Notes under the pieces: model-generated
What the model was told of the DNA's origin: nothing
Databases searched by the model: none
What the model saw: the letters and a program-made list of their open reading frames with translations, nothing else
Assembly (NCBI GenBank): GCA_051294375.1
Contig: CM119265.1
Span: 1,666,280 to 1,730,279 of the forward strand
Length of the DNA: 64,000 nucleotides
From: Paraspadella gotoi
Taxonomy: Eukaryota > Animalia > Chaetognatha
Direction: 5' to 3'
Shown here: positions 1-13,069 of the stretch, piece by piece
Numbering within the stretch: the stretch's first letter is position 1
How the letters are laid out: each line of letters starts with the position of its first letter
Program-made: the position numbers and the translations under genes

Positions 1-281
1 ACTAAGTGAGATTTCGAATTTAATTATAAGGTTAGAAGTTGATTTAGAAGGTTATTTGTAAATTGTTAACTGATAATTAGGCTCTAAGAAGAGCGTGTTT
101 ACGTATATAGAGGCTGAATGGCCAAAGACTCTCTCTCTCTCTCTCTCTCTTCTCTGTCTCTTCTCTCTTCCTCCTCCTCTCTCTCTCTCTCTTCTCACTT
201 GTATCAGTGAGTGGAGTGGTCAGAAGGAAACGACGAAAAGACGACGACGGATAACAAATGAGGAGAGCTGGAATAAGGAAA

Positions 282-321
<40 letters not shown>

Positions 322-406
322 AGTTGCGGTCAAGGATTATACGTATGTAACGCGATTATTTGATAAAAGCACAATATTTAGTAAAAGATATTGAATTGAA
401 CTTTTA

Positions 407-453
<47 letters not shown>

Positions 454-464
454 CGATTAATAAT

Positions 465-794
465 TCATCGCGAGTCTCCAATCTGATTGCATTCGTTCGC
501 AAAACATGCGATCCGCGAGGCTAAAAATAAAAGAAAAGTGCGATCAATGATTAACTCAGTGCAAACTGCTGCTGCTGCGGCTGTAGAACTACTGCTGCAG
601 ATTATGCGGAGGCGGAGATTAATGCTGCAGTTGCTGCTGTTATTATTGTTGTTGTTGTTGTCGCAATTGCTTACGGCTTTGTCGTCGTCGTCGTCGTCAT
701 CGTCGTCTTTGACAGTCGCGTCGACTGAGGTCAACATTTGCTCGGATTTTTGGAAAGATTCCGTTTTGATTTTAAAAGTGGTTAAATCTTCGGG

Positions 795-838
<44 letters not shown>

Positions 839-1377
839 GAATTAGATTTTAAAATTGAAGTTTGAAAATTAAAAAAATTATTGTAGGTTTTTATACGCAG
901 AACATTTTAAGTAACTTATAATTAAAGTTACAATACTAAAATATTACAATATTAAAATAGCATTACAAAAATAAATAACGATATAACCTTTGTATCAAAC
1001 TTTTAAAACTCCTAAGAGTTTAGACCCTATCATTTTAATCTTATTTATGTTTTAATGACTAATCGTATAACCAAATATCCAAACTTCGCAAAGACCAGGT
1101 CGTAAAATACAATTAAACAATACATTTTTCACATTAATAGTTAATACTATAAGTTCGGGACCTGTTCGGACGGGTGAGTCCGCTTTTTGTGCCAAAAGTC
1201 TGGAGCAAGAGAGTGCGCGGGGGAGAGAAGAGAGCGGAGAAAATCCTCCGGCTACTCGACGATGAGACGAAGGGATAGACTGACTTGGAGGTGGAGGGGT
1301 GGTCAGAAAGAAGGTGGTTCTGGGGGCGAGGGGGGTTGGATTGGAAAGCTTAGGGGGACGGGGGTTTGGTGGGTTAA

Positions 1378-1471
<94 letters not shown>

Positions 1472-3000
1472 GAGTCAAATGAAAAAAAATGAAAAAGAAA
1501 TGAAAACAACATGAAAATAAATTTTGTGAAACAAATTCCAACCTTATTATTTTTCTTCAACTCAAAATCTCTATACCATATATTCCGACTTAAAACGCAA
1601 CACCCTGTAACGTCCCCATTATGACCTTTCGTCGGAACCAACCCTGTACTCTTCCGCGTCATTTTTTACCTTCGATAAATTCCGTCCTTTGCTGGAGGAG
1701 CTGCTGTGGTAATCTCCGCTGGAGGGGCTGTCGACGTTGTCTCTGCTGGAGGAGCTGTTGTTATTATTATCGCTGGAGCAGTTGCTCTTGATGTTGTCGC
1801 TCTTCTTGTCGGTCGACGCGTCCGTCTGTACGTACGAATGGGTTCCGGGCGTTGGGATTGTAGTCGCCCAACTCTGTACGGGATTCGGTGCGTACGATTT
1901 GGCGGAACGGGAAATCTCTGAAGACGAAAGTCGAACAGTATAAACATTTATACAGTTATACAATGATATGTTTAAAAAAAGTCAAAATAATACTTTAAAA
2001 TACTTAATTTTAAATTAAACCGAGCATGAGAAGTTTAGAACTTTACATCGGAAATAAGTTTAATTTAAAAAATTTACAAAGAATTAATGGATTTTTAAAA
2101 AATGAAGAATTTAATTTTTAAAAATTTGGGGCAAGCTCAAGGAGTTGTGCCGCATTTACTTAATTTACGCCTTTTTTAAATGATTGTATCACCAATAAGT
2201 AAAAATGATATACATACACAAGAAACATACGGTAGGTAAAGGAAATAAGTTAATTACGTGACTGCTTCGTGTAGACCATTACGTCCTTTCCAAAAATCAA
2301 CTGACATGATTTTAAATTACCCGAGTTTATTAGAAAGACCGACCGACCGAGAAGTGACTTATAGAGTTGCTTCGCGAGTTTTCGCGGGGCAACAAGTCGA
2401 AAAGACGAACCTGAAGTGAGAGTAGAAGAGATTTTAAGAAAAAGACGAACCTGAAGTGAGAGTAGAAAAGATTTTAAGAAAAAGACAAACCTGAAGTGAG
2501 AGTAGAAGAGAATTTAAGAAAAAGACAAACCTGACGAGAGAGTAGAAGAGAATTTAAGAAAAAGACGAACCTGACGTGAGAGTAGAAAAGATTTTAAGAA
2601 AAAGACGAACCTGATGTGAGAGTAGAAGAGATTTTAAGAAAAAGACAAACCTGAAGTGAGAGTAGAAGAGATTAAAAAATAAGACAAACCTGACGTGAGA
2701 GTAGAAGAGATTTTAAGAAAAAGACGAACCTGGCGTTGAGAGTTTAGAAGATATTTTAAGAAAAAGACGAACCTGATGTGAGAGTAGAAGAATTTAAGAA
2801 AAAGACGAACCTGACGTGAGAGTAGAAGAGATTTTAAGAAAAAGACAAACCTGATATGAGAGTAGAAGAGATTTTAAGAAAAAGACGAACCTGGCGTGAG
2901 AGTAGAAGATATTTTAAGAAAAAGACGAACCTGATGTGAGAGTAGAAGAGATTTTAAGCTTCGGATCTGAAGTCGATTCTTCGTTACGTTTTTCTTCCAA
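465..3000 (-). CDS. Putative 3' exons of an unknown low-complexity (Ser/Asn/Asp-rich) protein: 2931-3000, 1670-1917, about 1162-1348, 465-788
   Basis: AG/GT-bounded segments with compatible phases (0-1, 1-0, 0-1, 1-stop) give LEEKRNEESTSDPKLKISSTLTS/EISRSAKSYAPNPVQSW.../...DLTTFKIKTESFQKSEQ... No family recognised, and the third exon has weak splice sites. Confidence 0.4.
2145..2380 (-). mobile_element. Short copy of HINE/DINE-like family 2
   Basis: Shares the terminus AAGTGACTTATAGAGTTGCTTCGCGAGT and GACC repeats with 11146-11685. Confidence 0.5.
2401..2958. repeat. 40-bp minisatellite, about 14 copies
   Basis: Unit AAAGACGAACCTGAAGTGAGAGTAGAAGAGATTTTAAGAA read directly. Confidence 0.95.
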
Positions 3001-5564
3001 CTGAAATTTTTTTTAAATATACACATTAAATAATATTACCATGTATTCTTGCAGGGTTCTGCTACGTTATTAACTTGTAAGAAGTATAAAGCCAAAGAAA
3101 GAGGAAAGTTAGCTTATTTACCAAATGAATTTTTATTGATTAAATGAATTTTATTCCTTTGTGTTGTGAATAACATCATTTTTTTTCTTTCGAATCTTTT
3201 AAAACTACCTGTTTTTCAGCCATAGCTGGCATAAAAAATCCAAAGTATTGGTGTTTTTGGTTTGAAACTTGACTTGTTTTATGATATATTTATATATATA
3301 ATATATATATATATTCTGTTTTTGTAGTGATTAACTCTAAATTTTGTGGTTTATATGTAGCTTTAATGTTTCTTTTTTTACGTTTAGCGATAGTTATGTA
3401 TGAAGTAGGAGGAGGTAGTATGAAAAAAAAACTGTTTCCGTTATGAGATTTAATTTTAAAATTATCTTTGGCGAGACAGAGAGAAAGAGAGTAAGCTTGA
3501 ATTAAAAGCTGAAGATAAGAAAAGAAAAATATGGATTCGTGCAAAAAATTATTAAGAACAAAAATCAAGAGTAAGCATTTTTTTTTTATCTTCTTCTTTT
3601 TTTAGTTTTTATGTTTTTTTAGGTTCTTTCTGTCTTTTTCTGTCTATCTTGACTGTCTTTTTCTTCTGTATTAATCTCTTTTCGTTCTTTTTTATTTAAA
3701 TTTTTATTCAGTATTTATATGTATGTTTATATTTTCTCAATTATTTCTTTCTTTAATTATTTATATCTTTCTTTCTCTCTGTCTTTCTATCTTTTCTCAA
3801 TTTTGCCTTTTCCTTTTAGGGTCACAAAAGGTCATTTGACGTCGACTTATAGAAATACATGCAATCAAATTCACGATTAAAGTATAAACTATACAAGCAT
3901 CAAGCAAAAGGTTATCCAAACATGCTATATTCGTATCAATATAAAATAAATTTGCTAAATTAGGTTAACAATTCATAATAACACATGAAATAACCAGTAT
4001 AAATCGGAGAGAGAGAGAGAGAGACGGAGGCAGAAGAGACGATGAGCAGAGAGAGATGAGAGAGGAGGACTTTTGCTGGACTAGCCAAATCATAGCTTCA
4101 GACAACACACGATTTTTAAACAGAGTTTCCCCCCCCAAAAAAAAAAAAAACACAAAAATATTTCAAACCTGTTGAGGTCAAAAAAAAGCGAAAAAATTCC
4201 GAGAGAAAAAATTTAAAAAATTTTTATTCGTCAAACGATGATATTTTTTTCTTGGTTTAAAATTAAAACCGAAAATGAGATTTCATAAAATTCCAGATCA
4301 AATTAGGAAATTTAATTAAACAATCGTAGAATCATAAACGTTTTTAACTTTGGTTATTTTAATCAATATCCTTTTTTTTTATAAATTAATTCAAGAAAGA
4401 CGCGGTTGTCATGACGATTTCCGGTTCTTTCTCTTCCGTGTTTCTTCTCTTTATTTTGAAAGGAAACAAAATAGCAACGAAATCTTTGATTCGACTTTTG
4501 AGTCGGAAGATGGCAGAGCGAGTTGAAAGTGGCGAGTGAAAACAAAAGTAACTTTTGATAAAGATGACTCCGTTAAGAATGGATGTAAATAATAATGATT
4601 TAATCATCAGTGCAATATATTATCCAAAATTATTAGTCGTTTAGAAAGGGAAATAAGCTAAGCATTCGTGTTATTTAATATTAAACCTGTGACTTTTTAT
4701 AAATAATATTCTTGTTATTAAAGAAAACAGCATAAAGAGCTTGTGGTCAAGTTCCAACCATATTAGCTACTTCAAAGTGTCAGGTGCTAAAATGTAACTC
4801 CTAATTAATATGCAATGTAAGGGGAAGATTAAAAACTTAATTAACTAATGACAAGATTTAATCTTAGCTCTTCATCGCAACTTACCAAATATCTATTGTC
4901 TTTGATCATCTTATCTGAACTTACCAAATGTCTAATGTCTTTCAACATCTCATGTCAACTCACATTTCATTTATTACTTTTTCTTTACTTATTTTCCCAT
5001 CGATTACAACTTTTAAACTTCATCTTTTCATCTTAATTATTTTTTTTTGGTAAACGACAAAATTTTTATTTAATTTTTCTGTAACTCTGATAGAAAATCG
5101 TGTTAATAAACAGTAATATTGACCCAATCTTTTTTCTTAAACAACTTAAATGAAAAAAACTACAATATTTTATTTTGATTTTTTTTTTCGTCTGAGTCAA
5201 GGGACCAAAACGATCAACGAATGCGGTACCTGATATTAGTCATAATAAGTAAATAACAGTTAACATTTATTCTGTGGAGAGATCTCAACATTCTCGTCTT
5301 CTCTCGTCAATCGATCTTTGATTATCCATCGATCTTGTTTCTCATTTGGGAATTTGTTGTCTCGATTATTCTTAATAACACGTCAGCCTCAAATCTCAGC
5401 CGAAGTCACGTGATTGATCAAATGACGAAGACGACAAAGACGACGATGCATCTATTTCTATTTCTATTTCTCCGTTTATCTTTCTACTTGAGCATCCGTT
5501 CATTTTTATCTCCGTTTAACTGTCTGTCTGTTGAAAAGAATAAAATTCTTAGTTATTATTAGTT

Positions 5565-6204
5565 TATATTGATTGTACGAATTTCATAAAATTCAGCTCC
5601 TTGTATTTTGATGCTGGGCGGAGTACAATATAGTATTCCCCGATCTAAAACTTAAGGGAGTGGACCTTTTATACAATTAAAATCTTTTTAAAACATTATG
5701 CTAATACTTCATTGATAGAGAAGCCAGGTACACTGGTGGTGTAATATAAACGAGACTGTGAGTGTGAGAGAGTCTTGATTGAAAGCTTTTAGTGTCCTGA
5801 TATATCATTATCTTGTAAGAGTGATGGAGGCCTTAAACCACCAAAACCTGTCCAATAGAGCGTAGTGAAAGTTACGTACAAAAATTCTAAAAGTCAATTA
5901 TGAACAACATACCTTCAGTGAGCATTAATTTGTAAAAAAAAAATATGTTATATTATATCTTTTCATACAATTGAAACATTCTTTGAAATATTTTCCACTT
6001 CATTGATAGTGAAGCCAGGTACTCTGGGAGTGAATAAACGAGTCTGTGAGAGAGTCTTGATTGAAAGCTTGCAGGGACCTGCTATGTCATTATCTTGTAA
6101 GAGTGATGGAGGCCTTAAACCACCAAAGCCTGTCCAAAGTCAGGGGCAAGATAGCTTATTTATTAAATGAATGGATAATTTTTATATTGGTTGTACCAAT
6201 TTCA
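5565..6204 (+). mobile_element. Two partial tandem copies of the ~324-bp interspersed repeat (family A)
   Basis: Near-identical to 59510-59870 (reverse) and 63748-64000, e.g. GAGTGATGGAGGCCTTAAACCACCAAAGCCTGTCC. Confidence 0.85.
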
Positions 6205-6734
6205 TTATATTATCCTTATTAAATCAAAAAATTTAAAAATAGGCTTTTCTTAATTTTTATTACAGATTCGAATTCCTCGTCAAAAGCGGATGAATGAAAA
6301 TATAAATCATTTTAAAAAATTATTTCATTAAGTAGGTTAAAAATAAAAAACTATATTTAAAAATATAAAAATATTTAAAATTTTAATTTTCAGCTTAAAA
6401 TATAGGTTTTTCTGATATTTGATCAACTTAATGAAAGAATTTTTTATATGTCTTTGTATCAACTTTTCATGAAGAATCCAAATCTGCAAAAAAATCTTAC
6501 AAAAACTATTTTGAAATATTAACATTTATTGGATTAATACTATGTATAATTATATTTATATAAATATAGCCTACAGCGTAAATTATAAAATTTATATTAA
6601 AAATTTTTTATACATAAATATTCATTAGTATAATGTTGTTTGTTTCTCACTTTTAGAATTTTAATTTAAGTTAAATTAAAACTTTTTACTACTCTTTACT
6701 GTCCAAAGTCAGTTATACACTTATTGTATGAATA

Positions 6735-7316
6735 GGGCTAAACTTTGTCAATGGGGTGGGTCAAAAGTTTGATTTGGGAACCCTCCCAAATAAAACTTCA
6801 TACATTTCTGAGAAAACTTTCAATGGACCAAAATTTTCTAAAATGGCTAGAAGCACTAGTAATTATTTTTTTAATATTTATTTATAGATAAAAAATGTAA
6901 AAAAATTTTTTTTAATTTTTTATTTTTAAAAGCAGATTCAGATAGCTTATGAAAAGTTGTCTACACAAAGTATAATTCTTTTTTCAATATTAAGTGGGTC
7001 AAAATTGGAAAAAACCTAAAAAAATTTTCCTCATCATCAGCATCCGATAATTTTAATAGTTTTTACTAATTTTCAGTAATAAAACATCAAAATTTTTAAA
7101 AAGTTGTAATTACATTTTTGCTTAACTTTTTAAGCTCTATCAAAATCAATTAAAAAAACTTTTGACATTACATAGCAATATAATGATTTTAATTAACAAA
7201 TTACTCATTTTTTGGAACATTTTTTCAAAAAAATATTTTAACACAATAACTAATACCAATAATGGGTTTGTTTAATGCTGTTCTCATTAAAATTTAAATT
7301 TGGTCGGCTACTGCTA
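6735..7316. mobile_element. AT-rich MITE-like repeat, related copy at about 40421-40855
   Basis: Collinear shared blocks CAATGGGGTG, TAGTAATT..TTTTTAATATTTATTT.TAGATA, CAGATTCAGATAGCTTAT and AAATTT..TCGGC. Confidence 0.5.
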
Positions 7317-7398
7317 GTATGAATGGATAATTTTATATTGGTTGTACAATGTACATGTACAGTTGAGAAGCTAATTTTTCTTTAGGCTGTTACTTAGA

Positions 7399-10264
7399 AT
7401 GGAAGTCTCCCACTTTTTACTGCTGTTGAACGCCCTCGATCTGCTGACGGATTTGAAGTCCGCAATCGAATACATTAAGTCCTTTCATTATTCCTTTGGT
7501 TTGGCAATTCTTGGTGTTATTCTGCTTCATTGTTTCTGCTCCAGTGTTTACGGATTGTGGACGATTCACAAAAATCAAAATCACTACTCGAGATTTATGA
7601 AAAATTCCTGGAGAAAAACTGTAGTGATTATTTTTCATTTGTTGGGCTTGGGATGTGTGCCACTTACTATTGATCTAACTCAAGATATGAAAAACAAAAA
7701 TGAATATATGGAGGTTATAAAAATGAAAGAAAGTTTGATTTGGGGTATGAATATGATTGAAGCACTGATCGAAGCATATCCTCAACTGTTGATTCAAACC
7801 GGACTGTTTTTTTATTTATTGTTAATCAGTAATGAAATATGTTTCCCGGATCTTCTATCAAATTAGTAAGAACCTATAAAGTTATGTCGATATCTTTACT
7901 AAGTGATATTAAGATTTAGAGTATTTATGTTATGTTATTTATATATTAAATAATCTATATTTAATTTTTAACATGAATACAAAATAGATTATTTTAAAAT
8001 GAAATATAAATTTAAAAAGATAATAAAATATATTTTTAAAGTAGTAAAAAAGGTACTACCTGAAGTTATTTTAAGATGATATTTAATAAAAACCAAAAGT
8101 TTCAAGGCAATGTGACAATATTAATGAATTTCTCATCAAAGCTTTTAATAAAGATTTTAGAGTTTTTTCTGATAAACACTCCTTAAAAAATATTCTTTAT
8201 TAAATTGCCTTAAAAATATATAAAATTAATATTATTTCTCTCTATAAAATTGATACAACCAATATAAAAATCACGTGACAATGAAATGGAATAAATGAGC
8301 AAAATAATGAGAAAAATGAATAAAACAGCGCCATCTCTCATCATCCATTCATTTAATAACTTTTTCCATTTTCTATTTCAAGTGAAACCCCTGTTATTAC
8401 ATATAAATTTCTATACAAAAATAATGCGGGATCTTTCCGAATTTCAAATGGAAATGATACTGGAATTTGTCACTGCCAAGCAGTTGGCAGTGGTTTGAGC
8501 TTTTTTAACTACAGACGCATGAGTTGCCATTGGAAGATCCGCGATTACTTTCCTATCATCTCTGCCTCATTATCAACAATTAGCCTGGCTAAAACTGCTA
8601 ACTTTTATCGAGTAGATAATATGTCGATAGAAAACAGTCGCATTAAAAGTAAAATGGCTCTGAAACTCATAGGAACTCTGGAAGGAATCGTAAATGTAGT
8701 TATCTTAATGTACTTAGTCTTTGAATCATTTTTTCGGATTTCACCAATTTTTATTTTATTCATGCCATTGATAATTTTACGTGTGTTTGTAATTTCTGAG
8801 TTAAAAGACATTATGCAACAATTGTGGAATTATTTGGGGAGAGCAAATATATCTAATAGGAAATTTAAATTTATAAAATCCAAAAAAAATAATTGGCGGC
8901 CATTGTTTTCGCTTTTTATCACATCTTTTATAATAAATATTAAGAAACATGAGGACATTGATAGGAAATCTACTTTATTATTTTATATGAATGAGAATCT
9001 TTCCTCTGACTTTACTCCCGATTACTATTGGGGACTTTCAACTATTAAACATCCATTTTTAGATGGAATTTTGATAAGGCAGCGTTTTCAAAAATTGGTC
9101 TGTTTTGAGTCAAAACTGGTCCCCACTAATCTCATGAAGAAAGTAATTCACTTGCCATCTTGTAACGAATATAGTAAAAAATCAAATATTTCTGATACAC
9201 ATATTGGTGTCATTGTTAACGTAGGAAATCAAAGACTTTGGAACCCTAACTATGAGATGTACATGCTAATGATTTTCACTGATTTTTTCATCAGCTTTGT
9301 AACTAGCATTATTTTCGTATATATAGATAAGAAAGTTCAAAAATATATCTTACAGATTGGAACCAACATCATCTTTTTAGTTTTGATAATCTTGAATATT
9401 TTTTTTGTTGTTAAATTCAAAAAAGCAAATGGGTCGCATCTTTATCGTGTCCTACGTCGGATCAACTTCGTCCGTCATGGAATAACTGATGAAATTCCCC
9501 GAAACGCCTTTGCTCCATGGCAAAAATATTATTCTGGTCAGACAGCGGGTTTTTACAGATTGTCTTTTTTCATATTCAAAACTTTGATGACATATTTTTT
9601 TGTTGGAATTCCTTTATTGTGCATTTTGCGTTTGTTTCGTAAGATTACTTGTTTCTCATCTCATGTCACTATCAAGCGTTTAGTTTCTACCATTTGCTTT
9701 GTTTCTTTAATATTTCCTTACCTCGTGTATGAAAATTGCAGAGGTGGTTGGTTAATTAAAGATCTAAAAAAAATGATCGAACGTGCCAATAACTTAGAGG
9801 CTTCTTTTCACTTTCAAACTCTATTTGCTCAAAAAATGTTAACCATATCAATCTGCAATGAAAGTTTTTTTTTTCTCTTTTCACTTTCATTTTTACCCTT
9901 TTTCAATGGCCTCTTCATTTTCTGTTCAACCTTGTCATTCCCCATTCTGAAAAACAAAACTGTTTTCTCTCTTTTTGTTTCTTGTTTTCACGTTGGCGCC
10001 TACGTTTTGCTGAGTTCCTCTGTTCCCTCAGAGGTCGTCCCAGCAGTTGGCGATTTCGGCATTGCTGGAGATATTGAAGTTGCGCGGAAAATGAGTATCA
10101 TTTTGTATCTCATTAATTATGCTTATGATCTTGAAAAATCAGTTTTGAATCTTTTTCTCGATAAATTTATAGCAATTGTGAGTGATAAGCGTTTCAATTT
10201 TTTAAATTTTCCATCTTTGATTTTTTTGGTAATTCCATTCAACTTTTTGCTATTTTCTGACTAA
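7399..10264 (+). CDS. XK-related multi-pass membrane protein, paralog 1; exons 7399-7865 and 8383-10264 (about 782 aa)
   Basis: XK-family-like motifs LDLLTDL, EALIEAYPQLLIQ and SASLSTISLAK. A phase-2 intron (GTAAGA...AAG) joins ORF 7399 to the frame of ORF 8495. Many hydrophobic segments. Confidence 0.75.
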
Positions 10265-10454
10265 CTTTATTTTTTTTATTATTTGGTAAAAGTTTATTAA
10301 TTTTAAGTAATTCCTTTATTCACCTACTGCACTGTTTCACCATTTTTGTTACAAATTTCGCAACATAATTTTCTCACTGAAAAAGTAAAAAATTTAATAT
10401 TTATAAAATTAGTAACACAAATAAAAAAATTATTTATTCATTTAGTAAATATGA

Positions 10455-10752
10455 CAGCTATTATGTCCTGCCTTTGGACAGGCTTTTGTTGGTTAAAGTC
10501 TCCATCCTTCTCAAAAGTTAATAACATAACAAGCTTTTGATCAAGACTTGTGCTTGGCTTCCTTATCAATGACGTGATTTACTATTTTTTAAACTGTTTC
10601 AATTAGATAAAAGAGCAACTCTCTTAAGTCTTAGATTGGAGGATTTTACTTGCAATGTTGTACTCTCCACTATTTTAAAAATACAAGAAAATAACTATTA
10701 TGAAATAGGTACAACCGATATCAAATTATTCATTCATTGAATAAATAAGCAA
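10455..10752 (-). mobile_element. Diverged copy of repeat family A
   Basis: TTTGGACAGGCTTT, ATCAAGACT, TGGCTTCCTTATCAATGA, TTGTACTC and TATGAAATAGGTACAACC are collinear with 59510-59870. Confidence 0.65.
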
Positions 10753-11145
10753 TAAACAAGCTGATTAGTTTAAATATCGCTGAAGTTACATTAATTCACG
10801 GAGTTACTAAAAAATGATAATTAATATTTATTTCTTTTTCTGTTGTTTCACTTTTGTCACTTTTCACTTTTGGTAATAAAAAAAATTAATAAAACCGGAA
10901 CAGTGAAATATTTACAAGGGAAAAGTGAAAGTTTGGATTAAAAATTTAGCAATTATATCTCAATCAGTACAGAATACTAATGTATACTTAACTATATTTA
11001 AGTTTTTTATTAATATAGCGTTATAGTCAGAATTTTTGTATTAAGTACTACCCCTATGTAATGTCAGAATTTTAATCTTTGTAGAAATTTATGACTTCAA
11101 AAACGAGTCTCTTAGAATTTAAGAGAAATGGTAGATAAACAATAA

Positions 11146-11685
11146 CAGTAATTCCAATGAATTGCGCCGCAGTGACTTTATTTTCACATGATATGACATG
11201 ACATGACATGACACGACTAAAAAACTTTTTTTGCCCGTGTATTTATGACATGCATTGCATAAAAATTCCGTCTTTTATTCCTTATAGTTTTAGGAATTCG
11301 TAAAGGCGGCGCTAGCAGTCCCTTAGATTTGAGGTTTTTTTTCTGTCTTAACCAATGAGCAACCAACTATAGGCAAATTATATGCATTTTTAACGTAAGT
11401 GGGACAGACCGACCTAAAAGTAAATAAAAATGAGAGAGTTATTACTTTTTACATAGGAAAAGAGATCCCTTGTAAAATTATTCAGGTGATCACGTGACTT
11501 CACAAGTATGATATACACGTTAAAGGCGTTATGGTGTCTTACCTTCCTACCAAATAAGAATTTAATTGATGAAATATTACCCGAGTCATGAGCATTTTTT
11601 ATATAAGTGGGACAGACCTACTGACTGTCAGATATACCGACCAAATGACCGAAAAGTGACTTATAGAGTTGCTTCGCGAGTAATG
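11146..11685 (-). mobile_element. Non-autonomous HINE/DINE-like element, family 2 (another copy at about 21920-22165)
   Basis: Blocks TTGCGCCGCAGTGACTTT and GGCGGCGCTAGCAGTC.CTTAGATTTGAGG are shared with 21940-22130. The end motif ACTCTATAAGTCACTTTTCGGTC resembles family 1. GACC/GACA microsatellite. Confidence 0.6.
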
Positions 11686-12599
11686 AAATTAAGGATTGTG
11701 GGTGTTCAAAAGGGAGAATGAGAGAGAGAGAGGAGAGAGAGAATCACAAATAGTCGGACACCAACAAAAGCCTCTACAAAGACTGCATCAGATACTGATC
11801 CAACAATCCGAATCGAATTGGGCACACAACGCAAAAATTAAAGTTTAGACATGATTCCATTTCATCTCAAAATGAGTTTACTTTCTACATTACCTACTTT
11901 TCTTTTTGTTTTTGTTTTTTTAATATTTCTAAGTTTATCCTTTTTATGTCAACTCTTTGGTTTTATACTATAAGTTTTTAAATTAAATTATGCTTAATGT
12001 TATTAGAATCAAAATACATAAAAAAAACTTTTTACGGGTGACTCAAACTTTTATGTATTTTTGGTTTACAACTTTTCTGTCATTCAATGAGAGGTTTGAG
12101 AGGATGCATCTCCATCTATCCATCCATCTCCATCTATCTCCATTAGTTTGATGAAGTTTTCAATACATAATATGATTGATTCTTTTACCTTAACTATCAT
12201 CAGACAGCGACGGTGACGAAGATGCTGATTTCGATAACTAAATGAACAACGATGATGCTGAAGACTATCATTTATGTCAGGCAATGATGACGACGCTGAC
12301 AAAGACAAAGTAGAAGTCATCAATACCACAATGTCTTTTCTTCTTCACTCTTTTAACTAATACAAAAATCAAATATTAGCTCTCTTCATCAGTTCTTAGC
12401 TACGTAAGTACTAAGATTTTTTATTCTTTAAATTTAATATTCAGAGAGGTCCAGATCTTTTGGGACTAACTTTAAAAAATTGTTTGGATGGGTAAATAAA
12501 AAGATAATCTTATGAAAATTAGTACACTTGTAAAAATTTGTAATGACAACACAATTAATTAAAAATATTTCCCTTCTCCAAAGGTTCAGAGAAGGCAGT

Positions 12600-12900
12600 A
12601 TATGCTTTTTCAACCGTGCCAGTAAGGAATGCTGTCATTTCTTTCACTATTCTTACTGTCAAAAAGTCTAGTTCTAGAGGGGATGCGTAGGACATTCTGC
12701 TTTCTTATCTTACATTTCCATCAATCAGGGGATTGCAGTCAGAAAAACGGCGCGACCAAAAGTGAGCAGTCACCGTACTTCATCTTGAACTTCAGAAAAA
12801 TTTTCTAAAAATTTGTAAAGAAGCGCCGCAAAGAATTTTGACATGTCACGCAAAAAGCTTTAAATACAGTTGTTGGATTTTTCAGACGTTTTTGATATTG
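12600..12900 (-). pseudogene. Decayed Tc1/mariner-type transposase fragment
   Basis: The minus strand reads TAHFWSRRFSDCNPL and then, frameshifted, KAECPTHP. This resembles the WPPxSPDxNPLD...HP catalytic region. Stops and frameshifts present. Confidence 0.45.
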
Positions 12901-13069
12901 AATAAAAGAAAATTTTTCCTAGTTTCCAAATATAGTCCCTTGTTTCCTCTATCATAACCCGTTTTTGTGCTGTAAGCAGTTGAAGTGAGTCTCATAATAG
13001 CTGGACCTCCCTGTGCAATAGATAGTAATAATCAAATAAACTTTTTAGTTGATATTTTCTTTAGACAAA

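Noticed and set aside
2401-2958. CRISPR-like appearance of regular repeats (also 18753-19330)
   Set aside because: Units are contiguous with no unique spacers, there are no cas genes, and the context is eukaryotic.
4390-4540. Short open frames on both strands
   Set aside because: No recognisable motif or consistent splice partners.
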